Of a stretch of DNA of 23,565 nt, positions 23,169-23,565 are shown one piece after another. The number at the start of each line of letters is the position of its first letter. Positions within the stretch are counted from its first letter, which is position 1. The DNA comes from Allorhizocola sp. (GTDB taxonomy: Bacteria > Actinomycetota > Actinomycetes > Mycobacteriales > Micromonosporaceae), in the NCBI GenBank assembly GCA_044869915.1, contig JBIOYB010000457.1, positions 1 to 23,565 of the forward strand. Reading direction: 5' to 3'. The notes under the pieces were generated by a model. The model was not told the DNA's origin and searched no databases. It saw only the letters and a program-made list of their open reading frames with translations. The position numbers were made by a program, and so were the translations under genes.

Positions 23169-23565
23169 GTGTTCCCCGCGCACGCGGGGATGGTCCTGCC
23201 CTGAGAGCCCCTGAGAGCATCCGGGCTATGTGTTCCCCGCGCACGCGGGGATGGTCCCGGGGGTGGCTTACACCGGGTCGTAGGCGACCTGTGTTCCCCG
23301 CGCACGCGGGGATGGTCCCTGGGCCGCGCCGACCGTGCCGAGTTGCACTGCGTGTTCCCCGCGCACGCGGGGATGGTCCCACCCAGCTCCTCCTTCACCT
23401 CACGCGCCGCAGGTGTTCCCCGCGCACGCGGGGATGGTCCGCGGTCTGCGACCTCGCCCTTGAGCGTCATCGAGTGTTCCCCGCGCACGCGGGGATGGTC
23501 CGTCAAGCCTCTTTGTCCACATGGCCATGACCTCGTGTTCCCCGCGCACGCGGGGATGGTCCGCG
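23169..23565 (+). CRISPR. CRISPR array, type I-E-like 29-bp repeat GTGTTCCCCGCGCACGCGGGGATGGTCCN; 7 repeats and 6 x 32-bp spacers; the array continues beyond the window end
   Basis: Repeat starts at 23169, 23230, 23291, 23352, 23413, 23474 and 23535, an exact 61-bp period. The repeat has the palindromic core CCCCGCGCACGCGGGG, typical of the Cas6e hairpin. All spacers are unique, and the last repeat base is variable (T/C/G). The ORF-track entries over this region read PRVRGEH repeatedly and are artefacts. Confidence 0.92.

Noticed and set aside
22947-23530. ORFs 22947..23183(-), 23125..23382(-), 23147..23506(-), 23159..23530(+)
   Set aside because: These are translations of the CRISPR leader and of the reiterated 29-bp repeat, giving recurring PRVRGEH / PRARGDGP peptides. 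They are not genes.

Overview
This is a high-GC (about 70%) actinobacterial chromosomal segment. The first ~19.4 kb is densely packed with ordinary coding genes. These are a VOC/glyoxalase protein; a secreted GH43 glycoside hydrolase with a golvesin-like C-terminal domain; a Zn-dependent alcohol dehydrogenase downstream of a TetR regulator that sits divergent to an MMPL/RND transporter, with three GCCGATCGGC-core palindromic operators between them; and a minus-strand gene string of mycothiol-dependent formaldehyde dehydrogenase (GTG start, 361 aa), an MBL-fold hydrolase (ATGA start/stop overlap), a GT39 membrane glycosyltransferase, a secreted protein and a shortened OYE/FadH-like flavin oxidoreductase. 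After these come two lipoproteins (one SLT-like, one LpqC/PHB-depolymerase-type esterase), a secreted beta-propeller protein, a flotillin/SPFH protein, a small membrane protein and a CPD photolyase. Intergenic regions carry perfect hairpin terminators between convergent genes and two unusual repeat tracts (an ~11-bp phased T-tract minisatellite and a ~51-bp GC-rich tandem repeat). The last ~4 kb looks like a variable, defense-type region. It holds a doubly truncated ECF-sigma gene remnant with atypical AT-rich codons and an internal 36/39-bp duplication, and a 718-aa single-polypeptide HTH + gamma-class N6-adenine methyltransferase + HsdS-like TRD with no restriction partner in view. It also holds a divergent promoter with CAGAGA/TCTCTG palindromes, and an unknown 199-aa protein whose only strong SD+ATG sits in the wrong frame. 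Next comes a hairpin terminator, an AT-richer leader and a type I-E-like CRISPR array of 7 x 29-bp repeats and 6 x 32-bp spacers that runs off the window end. No cas genes are visible on the leader side. Every call comes from reading the sequence and ORF translations by eye; no searches were run.
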